Made by a program: the position numbers and the translations under genes. Below the pieces are notes generated by a model. The model was not told where the DNA came from, ran no database searches, and worked only from the letters and a program-made list of their open reading frames with translations. DNA of 41,776 bases from the NCBI GenBank assembly GCA_001790445.1, contig MGCQ01000007.1:17030-58805 (forward strand), read 5' to 3'. Of the stretch, positions 18,824 through 27,794 are shown piece after piece. Numbering within the stretch: the stretch's first letter is position 1; each line of letters begins with the position of its first letter. The DNA is from Candidatus Saccharibacteria bacterium RIFCSPHIGHO2_12_FULL_41_12. GTDB taxonomy: Bacteria; Patescibacteriota; Saccharimonadia; Saccharimonadales; 2-12-FULL-41-12.

Positions 18824-21666
18824 CTACGCAATCCGAACAAACACTAGAAAATAACCTTATCGCTCAGCTGCATGAGATGAAGTACGAGCGGGTTGCTATT
18901 GCTGATGAAGTGGCGTTGGTAGCAAATCTTAAAACACAACTAGAAAAACACAATGGTGTCACGCTGAGCGACAAGGAATTTAGCAAAGTACTGAGTTATC
19001 TGAGCAAAGGCAATGTGTTTGATCGCGCCAAAACGCTACGGGACAAAATGCATTTGGTACGAGATGACGGCACCAGCGCATACATAGAATTTATAAACCA
19101 AAAAAAGTGGTGCCAAAACCAGTTTCAGGTAACGAATCAAGTCACCATAGACGGCGCGTACAAAAACCGCTACGACGTCACGATCCTTGTAAACGGCTTG
19201 CCACTGGTGCAAATAGAGCTAAAACGCCGAGGCCTAGAGCTCAAAGAAGCCTTTAACCAAGTGAACCGCTACCGCAAACATTCGTATGCCGCAGGCTATG
19301 GGCTATACCAGTATGTGCAGATTTTTGTGATTAGCAACGGTGTAAATACAAAATATTATTCCAACACCGTGGGGTACGACAACGACAAAAAAGCATCGTT
19401 CAAATTCACCTCGTACTGGGCAGATAAAGACAACCTAAAAATCACAAAGCTAGAAGATTTTGCCAAAGTTTTCCTAGAAAAATGCCACATCGCCAAGATG
19501 ATTGCCAAATATACGGTGTTACAAACCAACAAAACATTGGTAGTGCTGCGACCGTATCAATATTATGCGGTAGAAGAAATTGTCGACCGCGTAAGTAGTG
19601 GCAACAAAAACGGCTATATTTGGCACACCACAGGCAGCGGCAAAACTCTAACATCGTTTAAAGCCAGTCAACTACTGGTAGATAACCCAGACGTCTACAA
19701 GGTTGTGTTTGTGGTGGACCGTAACGACCTAGACAACCAAACGATTCGTGAATTTAACAATTTTAAAAAAGACAGCGTGGACGCCACTGACAACACTCAT
19801 AGTTTGGTAAAGCAATTTGGCGAGCCCGATACCAAGCTAATCGTCACAACTATTCAAAAGCTCAATAACGCCGTCACGCACGAGCGTCATGCCCTAAAAA
19901 TGGTCACGCATCGCGATAAAAAGATTGTCTTTATCTTTGACGAATGCCATCGCAGCCAGTTTGGCGAAACACACAAGAAAATTACCGAATATTTCACCAA
20001 TCGCCAGTTGTTTGGCTTTACTGGCACACCGATTTTTGCCGAAAACGCCAGCGGCAATGCTATGGGCAAGCGCACTACAAAAGAACTGTTTGGCGAGTGC
20101 CTGCACAAATATGTGATTACCGATGCAATAAGTGATGAAAATGTGCTGAAATTTGCGGTAGAGTATGTCGGTAAATATAGGCGCAAAGACAGCGCCAACG
20201 AGATAGATGTTGATGTAGAAGCCATCGACACCAAAGAGTTGATGGAATCGCCGCAACGGATTGAGAAAATCACTGATTATATTATCGCCAATCACGACCG
20301 CAAGACGCACAGCCGCGATTTTACCGCGATTTTTGCCCTCAGCAGCATAGATGTACTGACAAAATACTATGATATATTTCGAGCCAAGAAACAGTCTGGC
20401 GATCACAACTTGAAAATCGCGACGATATTTAGCTATGGCACCAACGAAGAAGACAAAAATGCCGATAGTATGTTGGATGATGACCCGCAGTTGGATCTAT
20501 TTAGTCAGATCAATCAACATTCGCGCGACAAGCTGGAAAGCTATATTGCGGATTATAACGAGATGTTCGGCACGAGCTATTCTACCAAAGATAGCCAGAG
20601 CTTTTACAACTACTATCGCAACATTGCTGACCGCTTGAAAGCCCGCGAGATCGATATTTTGCTGGTGGTGAATATGTTTTTGACTGGGTTTGATAGCCCG
20701 ACCCTAAACACTATGTACGTAGATAAAAACTTGCGATATCACGGTTTGTTGCAAGCTTACTCTCGAACTAATCGCATATTAAACGAAACGAAATCACAGG
20801 GGAACATTGTGGTGTTTCGTAACCTCAAAAAGGCAACCGATGACGCGCTGCGACTTTTTGCTGATAAAAACGCCCAAGAGGTTATCTTTATGGAGCCGTA
20901 CGAAGATTACGCGGCGAAGTTTGACGAGATGGTGGCGCAACTATACGCACAGACGCCAACCCCCGAAAGTGTTGATAACTTAGTGGGCGAAGAAGCGCAG
21001 TTGGAATTTGTAAAGACGTTTCGTGAGTTAATGCGACTCAAAAACATCCTTGTTTCGTTTGCTGACTTTGATTTTAGCCATGTGTCTATAGGCGAGCAAA
21101 CATTCAATGACTTTAAGAGCAAATATTTGGACATTTACGACAAAGTCAGGGGTGATCACGAGAAAGAAAAGGTGTCAATATTGGAAGACGTCGACTTTGA
21201 ACTGGAGCTGATCCGAAGAGATGAGGTTAACGTGGATTACATTATCCGTCTGCTGGCGCAACTGGTTGGCGCGGATGAGGCCAAGACAGCAAAATTGATG
21301 CAGAACATTATGGACACGATGTCGACTGACGCAACGTTGCGCAGTAAGCGTGAGTTGATAGAGAAGTTTATCAATAGTACGATACCAAATATCTCTAATG
21401 CCGAGGATGTTGAAACGGAGTTTAATAACTTTTGGGACCAAGAAAAGCTCGAAGCTTTTCAGGAAATGTGCAGTGAGGAGGGGCTGATGAATGATAAGCT
21501 GCAGGCACTGATTGATCGCTATTTGTATAGTGGACGCAAGCCACGCAAGGAAGATTTTGCCAAAGCACTCGAAAAACAACCAGGAATTTTGCAAAGAGAA
21601 TCGATTATCAAACGTGTGACCAGCAAGTTTAATGGTTTTATTGAGACCTTTATCGAAGGAGTTTGA
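18820..21666 (+). CDS. hsdR: type I R-M restriction subunit R
   Basis: RYDV..LVNGLPLVQIELK, WHTTGSGKT, DECHR, FTGTP, LTGFD, QAYSRTNR. Confidence 0.97.
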   Translation: MTTQSEQTLENNLIAQLHEMKYERVAIADEVALVANLKTQLEKHNGVTLSDKEFSKVLSYLSKGNVFDRAKTLRDKMHLVRDDGTSAYIEFINQKKWCQNQFQVTNQVTIDGAYKNRYDVTILVNGLPLVQIELKRRGLELKEAFNQVNRYRKHSYAAGYGLYQYVQIFVISNGVNTKYYSNTVGYDNDKKASFKFTSYWADKDNLKITKLEDFAKVFLEKCHIAKMIAKYTVLQTNKTLVVLRPYQYYAVEEIVDRVSSGNKNGYIWHTTGSGKTLTSFKASQLLVDNPDVYKVVFVVDRNDLDNQTIREFNNFKKDSVDATDNTHSLVKQFGEPDTKLIVTTIQKLNNAVTHERHALKMVTHRDKKIVFIFDECHRSQFGETHKKITEYFTNRQLFGFTGTPIFAENASGNAMGKRTTKELFGECLHKYVITDAISDENVLKFAVEYVGKYRRKDSANEIDVDVEAIDTKELMESPQRIEKITDYIIANHDRKTHSRDFTAIFALSSIDVLTKYYDIFRAKKQSGDHNLKIATIFSYGTNEEDKNADSMLDDDPQLDLFSQINQHSRDKLESYIADYNEMFGTSYSTKDSQSFYNYYRNIADRLKAREIDILLVVNMFLTGFDSPTLNTMYVDKNLRYHGLLQAYSRTNRILNETKSQGNIVVFRNLKKATDDALRLFADKNAQEVIFMEPYEDYAAKFDEMVAQLYAQTPTPESVDNLVGEEAQLEFVKTFRELMRLKNILVSFADFDFSHVSIGEQTFNDFKSKYLDIYDKVRGDHEKEKVSILEDVDFELELIRRDEVNVDYIIRLLAQLVGADEAKTAKLMQNIMDTMSTDATLRSKRELIEKFINSTIPNISNAEDVETEFNNFWDQEKLEAFQEMCSEEGLMNDKLQALIDRYLYSGRKPRKEDFAKALEKQPGILQRESIIKRVTSKFNGFIETFIEGV

Positions 21667-21731
21667 GGGTTTAATAATCGCAAAAGTACGTCAACAACTC
21701 ACAAAAAGGGGCTTTTTGGTATGATGTATCT

Positions 21732-22391
21732 ATGAAAAAACTATTTCTTGCATCAAGTGGGCTTGAATACATCAAGCAATTCGTTGGTTTTGGTCCATCT
21801 GAAGTTAAGATGCTCTTTATCCCAACTGCCGGAAATCTTGATAAAGATGCCTGGTGGATCGACAAAGATCGAGATGTTCTAGGCAAAATGGGTTTTCAGA
21901 TTACCGAGCTTGATATATCCAAAGCCAGTGTCGATGAGATGCAAAAGCAATTAGATGCTACCGATATTGTTTATATCGCAGGAGGGAACACATTCTATTT
22001 GCTAAAACAACTCCAGGACTCGGGGTTTGACAAGTTGCTCAAAAACTTCGTAGAAGGTGGCGGTCTGTATGCAGGTGTTAGTGCGGGGGCTATCGTAGCT
22101 GGTGTAGATATTGAGCCAGTTTTGACACTTGATGAACCTGAGAAAGTGCATGGGCTTGAGTCAACCAAAGGCTTGGGATTTGTGAATATTGTACCTATTC
22201 CTCATTACGATATGGCTTCTAGGTCAGCAGCGATAGACGAAATCAAGGAGAAATACGCAGGGAAGTACGACATAGTATTATTAACGGATGAGGATGCCAT
22301 ATATGTTGAGGGTGATACATGGAAGGTAGTGAAATCAGCAAAAACCGCTCTTGAGCACGAGTGGTTCAACAATAACCACGACGGCGTGTAA
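21732..22391 (+). CDS. peptidase E / S51 family (class I glutamine amidotransferase-like)
   Basis: FIPTA, GGNTFYLL, G.SAGA, PHY motifs. Confidence 0.85.
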   Translation: MKKLFLASSGLEYIKQFVGFGPSEVKMLFIPTAGNLDKDAWWIDKDRDVLGKMGFQITELDISKASVDEMQKQLDATDIVYIAGGNTFYLLKQLQDSGFDKLLKNFVEGGGLYAGVSAGAIVAGVDIEPVLTLDEPEKVHGLESTKGLGFVNIVPIPHYDMASRSAAIDEIKEKYAGKYDIVLLTDEDAIYVEGDTWKVVKSAKTALEHEWFNNNHDGV

Positions 22392-22415
22392 CCCCAGATT
22401 TATTTGGTCTATATT

Positions 22416-22778
22416 TTACTCGACCTTTTGAGGTGGGCTACTAGATTCTGGCTTGCTCGGGGCGGTGGCTTGCTCCGCGTTTTTCTTTTCTGCAAAGAAG
22501 TACGCTATAGCGCCAATAAAGCTAAGTCCTACAACAAACGAAACAACGAGGACGAGTATCCATGTACTTCTATCAGGGCTGTTGTGCTTGATCGCATGTA
22601 TGAGCATTAATAGCCAAAAGATAAATGCAATAATTGAAATAACAAGGATAAAAACGAATATCCCAACGCCTAGACCGATAAATGGCTTTGCTTTTTCCGC
22701 AAGCTCGGCACAGTCTATTGGCTGACCATTTAATGTGCATTGTGATTGTGCCGTTTGTGCTATTAGCAAAAAATTCAT
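22416..22778 (-). CDS. small membrane protein with PLDc_N-like domain
   Basis: FW..MLIHA....W.LV.......GAI.YFF pattern. Confidence 0.65.
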   Translation of the reverse strand: MNFLLIAQTAQSQCTLNGQPIDCAELAEKAKPFIGLGVGIFVFILVISIIAFIFWLLMLIHAIKHNSPDRSTWILVLVVSFVVGLSFIGAIAYFFAEKKNAEQATAPSKPESSSPPQKVE

Positions 22779-22877
22779 AACTATCTCCCTAAATTACTAC
22801 CACCATTTAAGCATTAAAATGTCTCAAATTGCAACAAATCTCCCTTTAGGCTTTTTTGGTAAAAATGATGAAAGAAA

Positions 22878-22915
22878 TTGACACTATGTATTACATCGTG
22901 TAAAATGTATTACAT
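22878..22915 (+). promoter_or_regulatory. sigma70 promoter with two palindromic operators for the TA operon
   Basis: TTGACA(22878)-17 bp-TAAAAT(22901); ATGTATTACAT palindrome at 22886-96 and 22905-15. Confidence 0.8.
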
Positions 22916-23183
22916 GACATACAACACAACAGTTACAAGCAAAGGGACTATTACTATCGCTGCACCACTACGTAAAGCTTTAGGGTTAAAGACTGGTCAA
23001 AAGCTAACGGTTACGCTTAATTCAAACAATCAAGTAGTGCTTGATGCAGGCACTGACTTGAAAACCTTTGAAGCAACAAGAGCAAAAATAACCAAGAAAA
23101 TTCCCAGTCATCTTAAAGGACTTGCAGGCGATTCCTTGCGTGAAGCTGCCGCCAAAGCTTGGGTTGCCGGAAATAATGATTAG
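22914..23183 (+). CDS. AbrB/MazE-type antitoxin (VapB-like)
   Basis: TVTSKGTITI..PLRKALGL..G swapped-hairpin motif. Confidence 0.85.
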   Translation: MTYNTTVTSKGTITIAAPLRKALGLKTGQKLTVTLNSNNQVVLDAGTDLKTFEATRAKITKKIPSHLKGLAGDSLREAAAKAWVAGNND

Positions 23184-23559
23184 TTTAGACACAAATGTAG
23201 TCCTGCGTTTTCTGCTTGATGATGTACCCGAGCAGACAAAAAAAGCGACAAATGTAATCGGAAAAAATAAGGTCTATGTCACAGACGTTGTAGTTGTCGA
23301 AGTAGTTTACGTCCTAGAAAAAGTTATCCTGCTACCGCGTCAGGACATAACTCGGCTAGTGACTGATTTTTTGGGGTTTGCAAACGTGGTGCATAATCCA
23401 TACTTTCTATTGGAAGTTATTCAACTGTATGAACACCACCCCTCACTTTCGGTTGTAGATTGTTATGCGACTGCAGAGGCAAAAGCCTACAATAATCAGT
23501 TGATAACATTTGATAAGCGATTAATTAGTCAAGGCGGTAGGCACGTCACTAGTTTGTAG
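23176..23559 (+). CDS. PIN-domain toxin (VapC-like)
   Basis: LDTNVVLR, E.VYVL, S.VD, TFDK acidic PIN residues; overlaps antitoxin stop. Confidence 0.88.
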   Translation: MISLDTNVVLRFLLDDVPEQTKKATNVIGKNKVYVTDVVVVEVVYVLEKVILLPRQDITRLVTDFLGFANVVHNPYFLLEVIQLYEHHPSLSVVDCYATAEAKAYNNQLITFDKRLISQGGRHVTSL

Positions 23560-23634
23560 TATCAAACTAGGTTGTTGTTATAGTACGCGAACGTACGTTT
23601 GTAATACGCTTTACTTTAGGGTATACATAGAAAC

Positions 23635-24177
23635 ATGAGTAAATTAGAAATTGTTCGCCTTGGGCACCCGGCTTTACGTAGCAAATCAAAGCCCGTAACT
23701 AAACGAGAAATAGCAACAAAAGATTTTCAAAAATTTGTAGACGAGTTAGCTGCTATATGCGATAAAAATAACGGGGCCGGTATTGCCGCCCCACAAGTTG
23801 GCGTGAATAAACGAGTAATTGTTGTCCATGTTGATCCAAATAACCCTCGTTATCCTGGCAAAAAGCCATTTCCGTTAGCTATCATAATTAATCCAAAAGT
23901 AATCAGTAGCTCAAAGCGTATTAAAGAAGATTGGGAAGGCGATTTATCATGTGGACTGCGTGCGCTCGTGCCACGACCTGATAAATGTGTGGTTATTGGC
24001 TTAGACCGAGACTCTAACCCTGTGAAGTATGATTTGGATTACGACTTTCACGCGCGTGTTTTCCAGCATGAGATTGACCATCTTGATGGTGTTTTTTTGA
24101 TTGACAAAGTGAAACGCGTGGATACAATAAGCGAAATAGCTGAATGGGAAAAGTATTGGAAGAACAAAAAAATATGA
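23635..24177 (+). CDS. def: peptide deformylase with variant motif 2
   Basis: GAGIAAPQVG, EGDLS (canonical EGCLS), QHEIDHLDG. Confidence 0.85.
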   Translation: MSKLEIVRLGHPALRSKSKPVTKREIATKDFQKFVDELAAICDKNNGAGIAAPQVGVNKRVIVVHVDPNNPRYPGKKPFPLAIIINPKVISSSKRIKEDWEGDLSCGLRALVPRPDKCVVIGLDRDSNPVKYDLDYDFHARVFQHEIDHLDGVFLIDKVKRVDTISEIAEWEKYWKNKKI

Positions 24178-24285
24178 TAGTAGTCCAAGTCATATCTATA
24201 AATTGCGCATAACTTTTGCATATTTAGCATTCGTGGAATATAATCCTAGTATAAGGATAAGTATAATAAATGCATTGGGGGCTTT

Positions 24286-25449
24286 ATGCAAGAAGATCAA
24301 ACAAATAACACTTCAGACTCATCTGGAGATAATCCGGCGCCGCAGGACGCACAACCGGCTGCTAGTTCGGTTCCGCCTGCGCAGGACGCACAACCGGCTG
24401 CTAGTCCAGTTGTCTCACCAAAGGCTGGTGGTGGATCATCTGGTCCATTAAAAAACAAGAAAAAACTTGGAATAATTGCTGGTGTAATTGTTCTGCTGAT
24501 AGCAGCTAGCGCTGGGGCATATAAGTTTGTCTATCTGCCGAACACACCACAGAATGTCTTGAAAAAATCAGTGGCTAACACGTTGAAGCTTCAGCAAGTT
24601 TCTGGCAAGGGTAGTGCCAGTATTACGAGTAAGGGCACGCAATCATCAACAGTTGTTGTAGGTTACGATATCCAAAGTGATGCTGTTAAGAATGCTACAA
24701 ATGCAAAACTAGACGTTGCATTTAACGGAGTAAAAGTACCTCTAGAGGTTAGAGCTGTCGATAAGGCAATTTATCTAAAGTTTAGCGATCTTAGTACCGT
24801 CCAAGCTTTGGCTACTGGTTACATGGGGCCAGAAGGTGGTGCTTTCATGGGGCAATTGGGCAAACAGATCACAAATAAATGGATTGAAATCGATGAGAGC
24901 CTAGTCAAGAACTACACATCTGATAAGTGTTCTTTGCTATCAGGCAATAATCAATTGAGTGAAAAAGATATTAACCAAATCATTAGTCTATATGACAAGA
25001 ATACCTTTATTGACATTAATAAAACTGCTAGTGATACAGTTGATGGACGCAAAGTTACTAAGGCCAATCTGGGTATAAATAAAGACAAAGCCAAAGCTTT
25101 TGGTAAGGATTTCGAACAGCTTGACATGGTCAAAAAGCTAAATAGTTGTGGTGGTGATAAAGTTACCGGCTCCGATAGCGCAAAAAAGGCAGATAATTCT
25201 AAGACTTCTTATGAATTCACAGTTTGGCTAGATGCGTCCAAGAAAGAAATTGTCAAAGTTGCTATAAAAGCTAACGATGACACTACATCGCTCAGTGCTG
25301 ACTTTACCTTCAACAAAGCCAAAGTTGATATCCAAAAACCAACTGATGCAATTCCTGCCATGCAACTTCTTGGTCAGCTAGCGCCTCTTTTGGGCGGAGC
25401 AGGAGCTACAGGTACAGGTACGACTGCAAACCCAACTTTACTTCAATAG
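24286..25449 (+). CDS. membrane-anchored extracytoplasmic protein (possible LolA/LppX-like beta fold)
   Basis: disordered N-terminus with 26-bp duplication (24341-66/24380-405), single TM, beta-rich body. Confidence 0.7.
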   Translation: MQEDQTNNTSDSSGDNPAPQDAQPAASSVPPAQDAQPAASPVVSPKAGGGSSGPLKNKKKLGIIAGVIVLLIAASAGAYKFVYLPNTPQNVLKKSVANTLKLQQVSGKGSASITSKGTQSSTVVVGYDIQSDAVKNATNAKLDVAFNGVKVPLEVRAVDKAIYLKFSDLSTVQALATGYMGPEGGAFMGQLGKQITNKWIEIDESLVKNYTSDKCSLLSGNNQLSEKDINQIISLYDKNTFIDINKTASDTVDGRKVTKANLGINKDKAKAFGKDFEQLDMVKKLNSCGGDKVTGSDSAKKADNSKTSYEFTVWLDASKKEIVKVAIKANDDTTSLSADFTFNKAKVDIQKPTDAIPAMQLLGQLAPLLGGAGATGTGTTANPTLLQ

Positions 25450-25513
25450 AAATTACCTGAATACAGAACACTTTTATAACCAACGATCATTGACCCATGT
25501 TATGCTTTAATGT

Positions 25514-26083
25514 ATGAAATATAAAATTGGGGTATATGGGTCTGCTGCTGGTGAGATTGATGGAGTGGTCCCGAAGATAATTGAACTTGGGAATGCCCTA
25601 AAGAAACACGCTGACTCGGTGATCGTAATCACAGGAGCTTGTAAGGGTCTGCCTTACATTGCCGCCAAGCAAGCACATAGTGGTGGAGTAGAAATCTGGG
25701 GTTATTCTCCTCTACACAACATGGATGAACTAAAACATGATGCTCCTGATGATGATCATAATATTTATGCTAAGTTACAATTTGTATCTGAAGATTTTGA
25801 ATTTGTTGCCAACAAAAGAGTTTGCATGAAATATCGCAACGTGATCTTAACAGCAAATTGTGACGCGGGGATTATAATTAGAGGTCGTTGGGGTAGTCTG
25901 AACGAATTTACCAACCTCATTGATATGCAAAAAGTTGTTGGCGTTCTGACTGACACCGGCGGCGTAGCTGATGAATTGGTGAAGTTAAATCAAAAAATAA
26001 CTAAAGAAGGTCAAGGAAAAATAATTTTCGACGAGGACCCTACAACTTTGATAGAAAAAGTTTTAGATGAACTAGGGTCCTAA
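25514..26083 (+). CDS. SLOG/LOG-superfamily protein
   Basis: IGVYGS, ITGA..G.P, RN.......D..I...G.WGSLNE. Confidence 0.75.
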   Translation: MKYKIGVYGSAAGEIDGVVPKIIELGNALKKHADSVIVITGACKGLPYIAAKQAHSGGVEIWGYSPLHNMDELKHDAPDDDHNIYAKLQFVSEDFEFVANKRVCMKYRNVILTANCDAGIIIRGRWGSLNEFTNLIDMQKVVGVLTDTGGVADELVKLNQKITKEGQGKIIFDEDPTTLIEKVLDELGS

Positions 26084-26161
26084 ACGCCAAAAAAATAGTG
26101 TGATCACCTCTCTTCGACACCAGCCTAACAGATGTATGTTATAATTTTTAAGATACACCGA

Positions 26162-26224
26162 GGTCTCATCGTCAGAGCGGTCTAGGACACCAGGTTCTCA
26201 TCCTGGAAACTTCGAAGAAGACCA
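26162..26224 (+). pseudogene. T-arm-deleted tRNA-Glu(CTC)-like sequence
   Basis: 5' acceptor strand, D arm and anticodon arm match tRNA-Glu at 26247; T arm reduced to cttcgaag; ends agacca. Confidence 0.7.
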
Positions 26225-26246
26225 ACTTTAACAATTAAATTAACAT

Positions 26247-26321
26247 GGTCTCATCGTCTAACGGTTAGGACACCAGGTTCTCATCCTGGAAATCCGGGTT
26301 CGATTCCCGGTGAGATCACCA
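26247..26321 (+). tRNA. tRNA-Glu(CTC)
   Basis: cloverleaf, TT-CTC-AT loop, GGTTCGATTCC, CCA. Confidence 0.93.
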
Positions 26322-26498
26322 TCACGTATCCCGCACCAATCTGTCTGCTTTCTGGTGTAACCAGAAACACCACAGATTTCTTGCCTATTTTTGGCTTACA
26401 AGCTTGCGGTGCGCACTTCACCGTACTTAAGAGTACGGCTCGTTTGCGCTCCTCGCTGTTGCACCAAAACTAGACTAAGTGCGGAACACGTTAATTAT

Positions 26499-26572
26499 GG
26501 TGCGTTGGCCGAGAAGTTAGGCACAGGTCTGCAAAACCTGCTAGACGAGAGCGTTACTCGTACGCACCTCCA
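26499..26572 (+). tRNA. tRNA-Cys(GCA), atypical T loop
   Basis: ggtgcgt/acgcacc acceptor, CT-GCA-AA loop, U discriminator plus CCA; T loop AGCGTTA. Confidence 0.88.
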
Positions 26573-26626
26573 TACTTTGCATAAAGCTTCGTATGGCAAG
26601 CCAAAACACAAAGTTGACAAAATAGC

Positions 26627-26714
26627 GGGCGAGTGGCGGAATTGGTATACGCGACGGACTTAAAATCCGTTGGTTGAATAAACCTTGAGGGTTCGAGTCC
26701 CTCCTTGCCCACCA
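26627..26714 (+). tRNA. tRNA-Leu(TAA)
   Basis: long variable arm, CT-TAA-AA loop, GGTTCGAGTCC, CCA. Confidence 0.95.
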
Positions 26715-26783
26715 GTATATTTATGTGACAGCATGTGTTAAAATATAAAGTACGAATTACGTAGAAATTAAGGGGGAATTTAA

Positions 26784-27350
26784 ATGTCATTGATAGCAAT
26801 ATTAGGAATAATCGCGGTAGTAGTCGTAGTCGGACTAGTTGCGATATATAACGGACTTGTAAAATTAAAAATCAGGGTTGATGAAGCATGGAGTGATATC
26901 ACAGTTCAGCTAAAGAGACGATATGACTTGATTCCAAACTTAATCAGCAGCGTAAAAGGTTACGCCAAGCACGAATCCGAAACGCTACAGAAAGTTACCC
27001 AGGAACGTAGTACAGCTTTGCAGGGTGGTGGATCTGTAAAAGAGGCCGCACAAGCTGACAATGTGTTTAGTGAAGCTCTAAAGAGCTTGTTTGCCGTTGC
27101 AGAGAGCTACCCAGACCTTAAGGCAAACCAGAATTTCTTGGATCTACAGGCTCAGCTAACAGATACAGAGGACAAGATCCAGGCGTCTCGAAGATTTTAT
27201 AACGGCTCTGCCAGAGATCTCAATATCAAGATAAAAACTTTCCCAAACATTATTTTTGCGGGGATGTTAGGGTTCAAACAACGTGAATTCTTCGAAGTAG
27301 ACGAAAAAGAAAACGAGACCATCCAAAAACCTACAGAGGTTAAATTCTAA
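26784..27350 (+). CDS. lemA: LemA family protein
   Basis: YNGLV..W..I.VQLKRRYDLIPNL, E.YPDLKAN.NF, RRFYN. Confidence 0.95.
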   Translation: MSLIAILGIIAVVVVVGLVAIYNGLVKLKIRVDEAWSDITVQLKRRYDLIPNLISSVKGYAKHESETLQKVTQERSTALQGGGSVKEAAQADNVFSEALKSLFAVAESYPDLKANQNFLDLQAQLTDTEDKIQASRRFYNGSARDLNIKIKTFPNIIFAGMLGFKQREFFEVDEKENETIQKPTEVKF

Positions 27351-27386
27351 AGAACGTATAACGGATTACGAATAAAGTATAACGGC

Positions 27387-27764
27387 ATGGCTTCCGAGAA
27401 AATATTTAAATTTACTCAGCTTCGAGCGTGGCAAAATGCACGCAAATTTGCTGTTGAAGTGTATAGGTTAACTAGTGAATTCCCTAGTGACGAAAGATAT
27501 GGGCTTACTGCACAAATTAGAAGATCATCCGTCTCAGTTTCTGCAAATATAGCCGAAGGATTTTCCAGACAAGGTGCAAAAGAAAAAGCACAGTTTTATT
27601 CTATAGCTCTGGGTTCGTTAACCGAGACACTAAGTCATGCTTATATTGCGAATGATCTTGGTTTTTTGCCCTCCGATAGGCTACAATTGTTAGAGGAAAA
27701 GGTAACGGATATTCATAAAATGACGAACGGTCTAATAAAAAGCGCAAAAGGAAGAACCTCGTAA
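27387..27764 (+). CDS. four-helix-bundle protein (23S rRNA intervening-sequence protein family)
   Basis: L.AWQ.A...VY..T..FP..E.YGL..QIRR..VSV.ANIAEG..R motif. Confidence 0.92.
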   Translation: MASEKIFKFTQLRAWQNARKFAVEVYRLTSEFPSDERYGLTAQIRRSSVSVSANIAEGFSRQGAKEKAQFYSIALGSLTETLSHAYIANDLGFLPSDRLQLLEEKVTDIHKMTNGLIKSAKGRTS

Positions 27765-27794
27765 TACGTTATACGTACTACGAAATACGTACTT

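Noticed and set aside
24341-24405. 26-bp duplication as a functional array
   Set aside because: In-frame two-copy repeat in a disordered linker (QDAQPAAS).
27387-27764. DGR Avd gene serving the CLec protein
   Set aside because: The sequence fits the 23S-IVP subfamily; no RT or template repeat is adjacent and the target is ~20 kb away.
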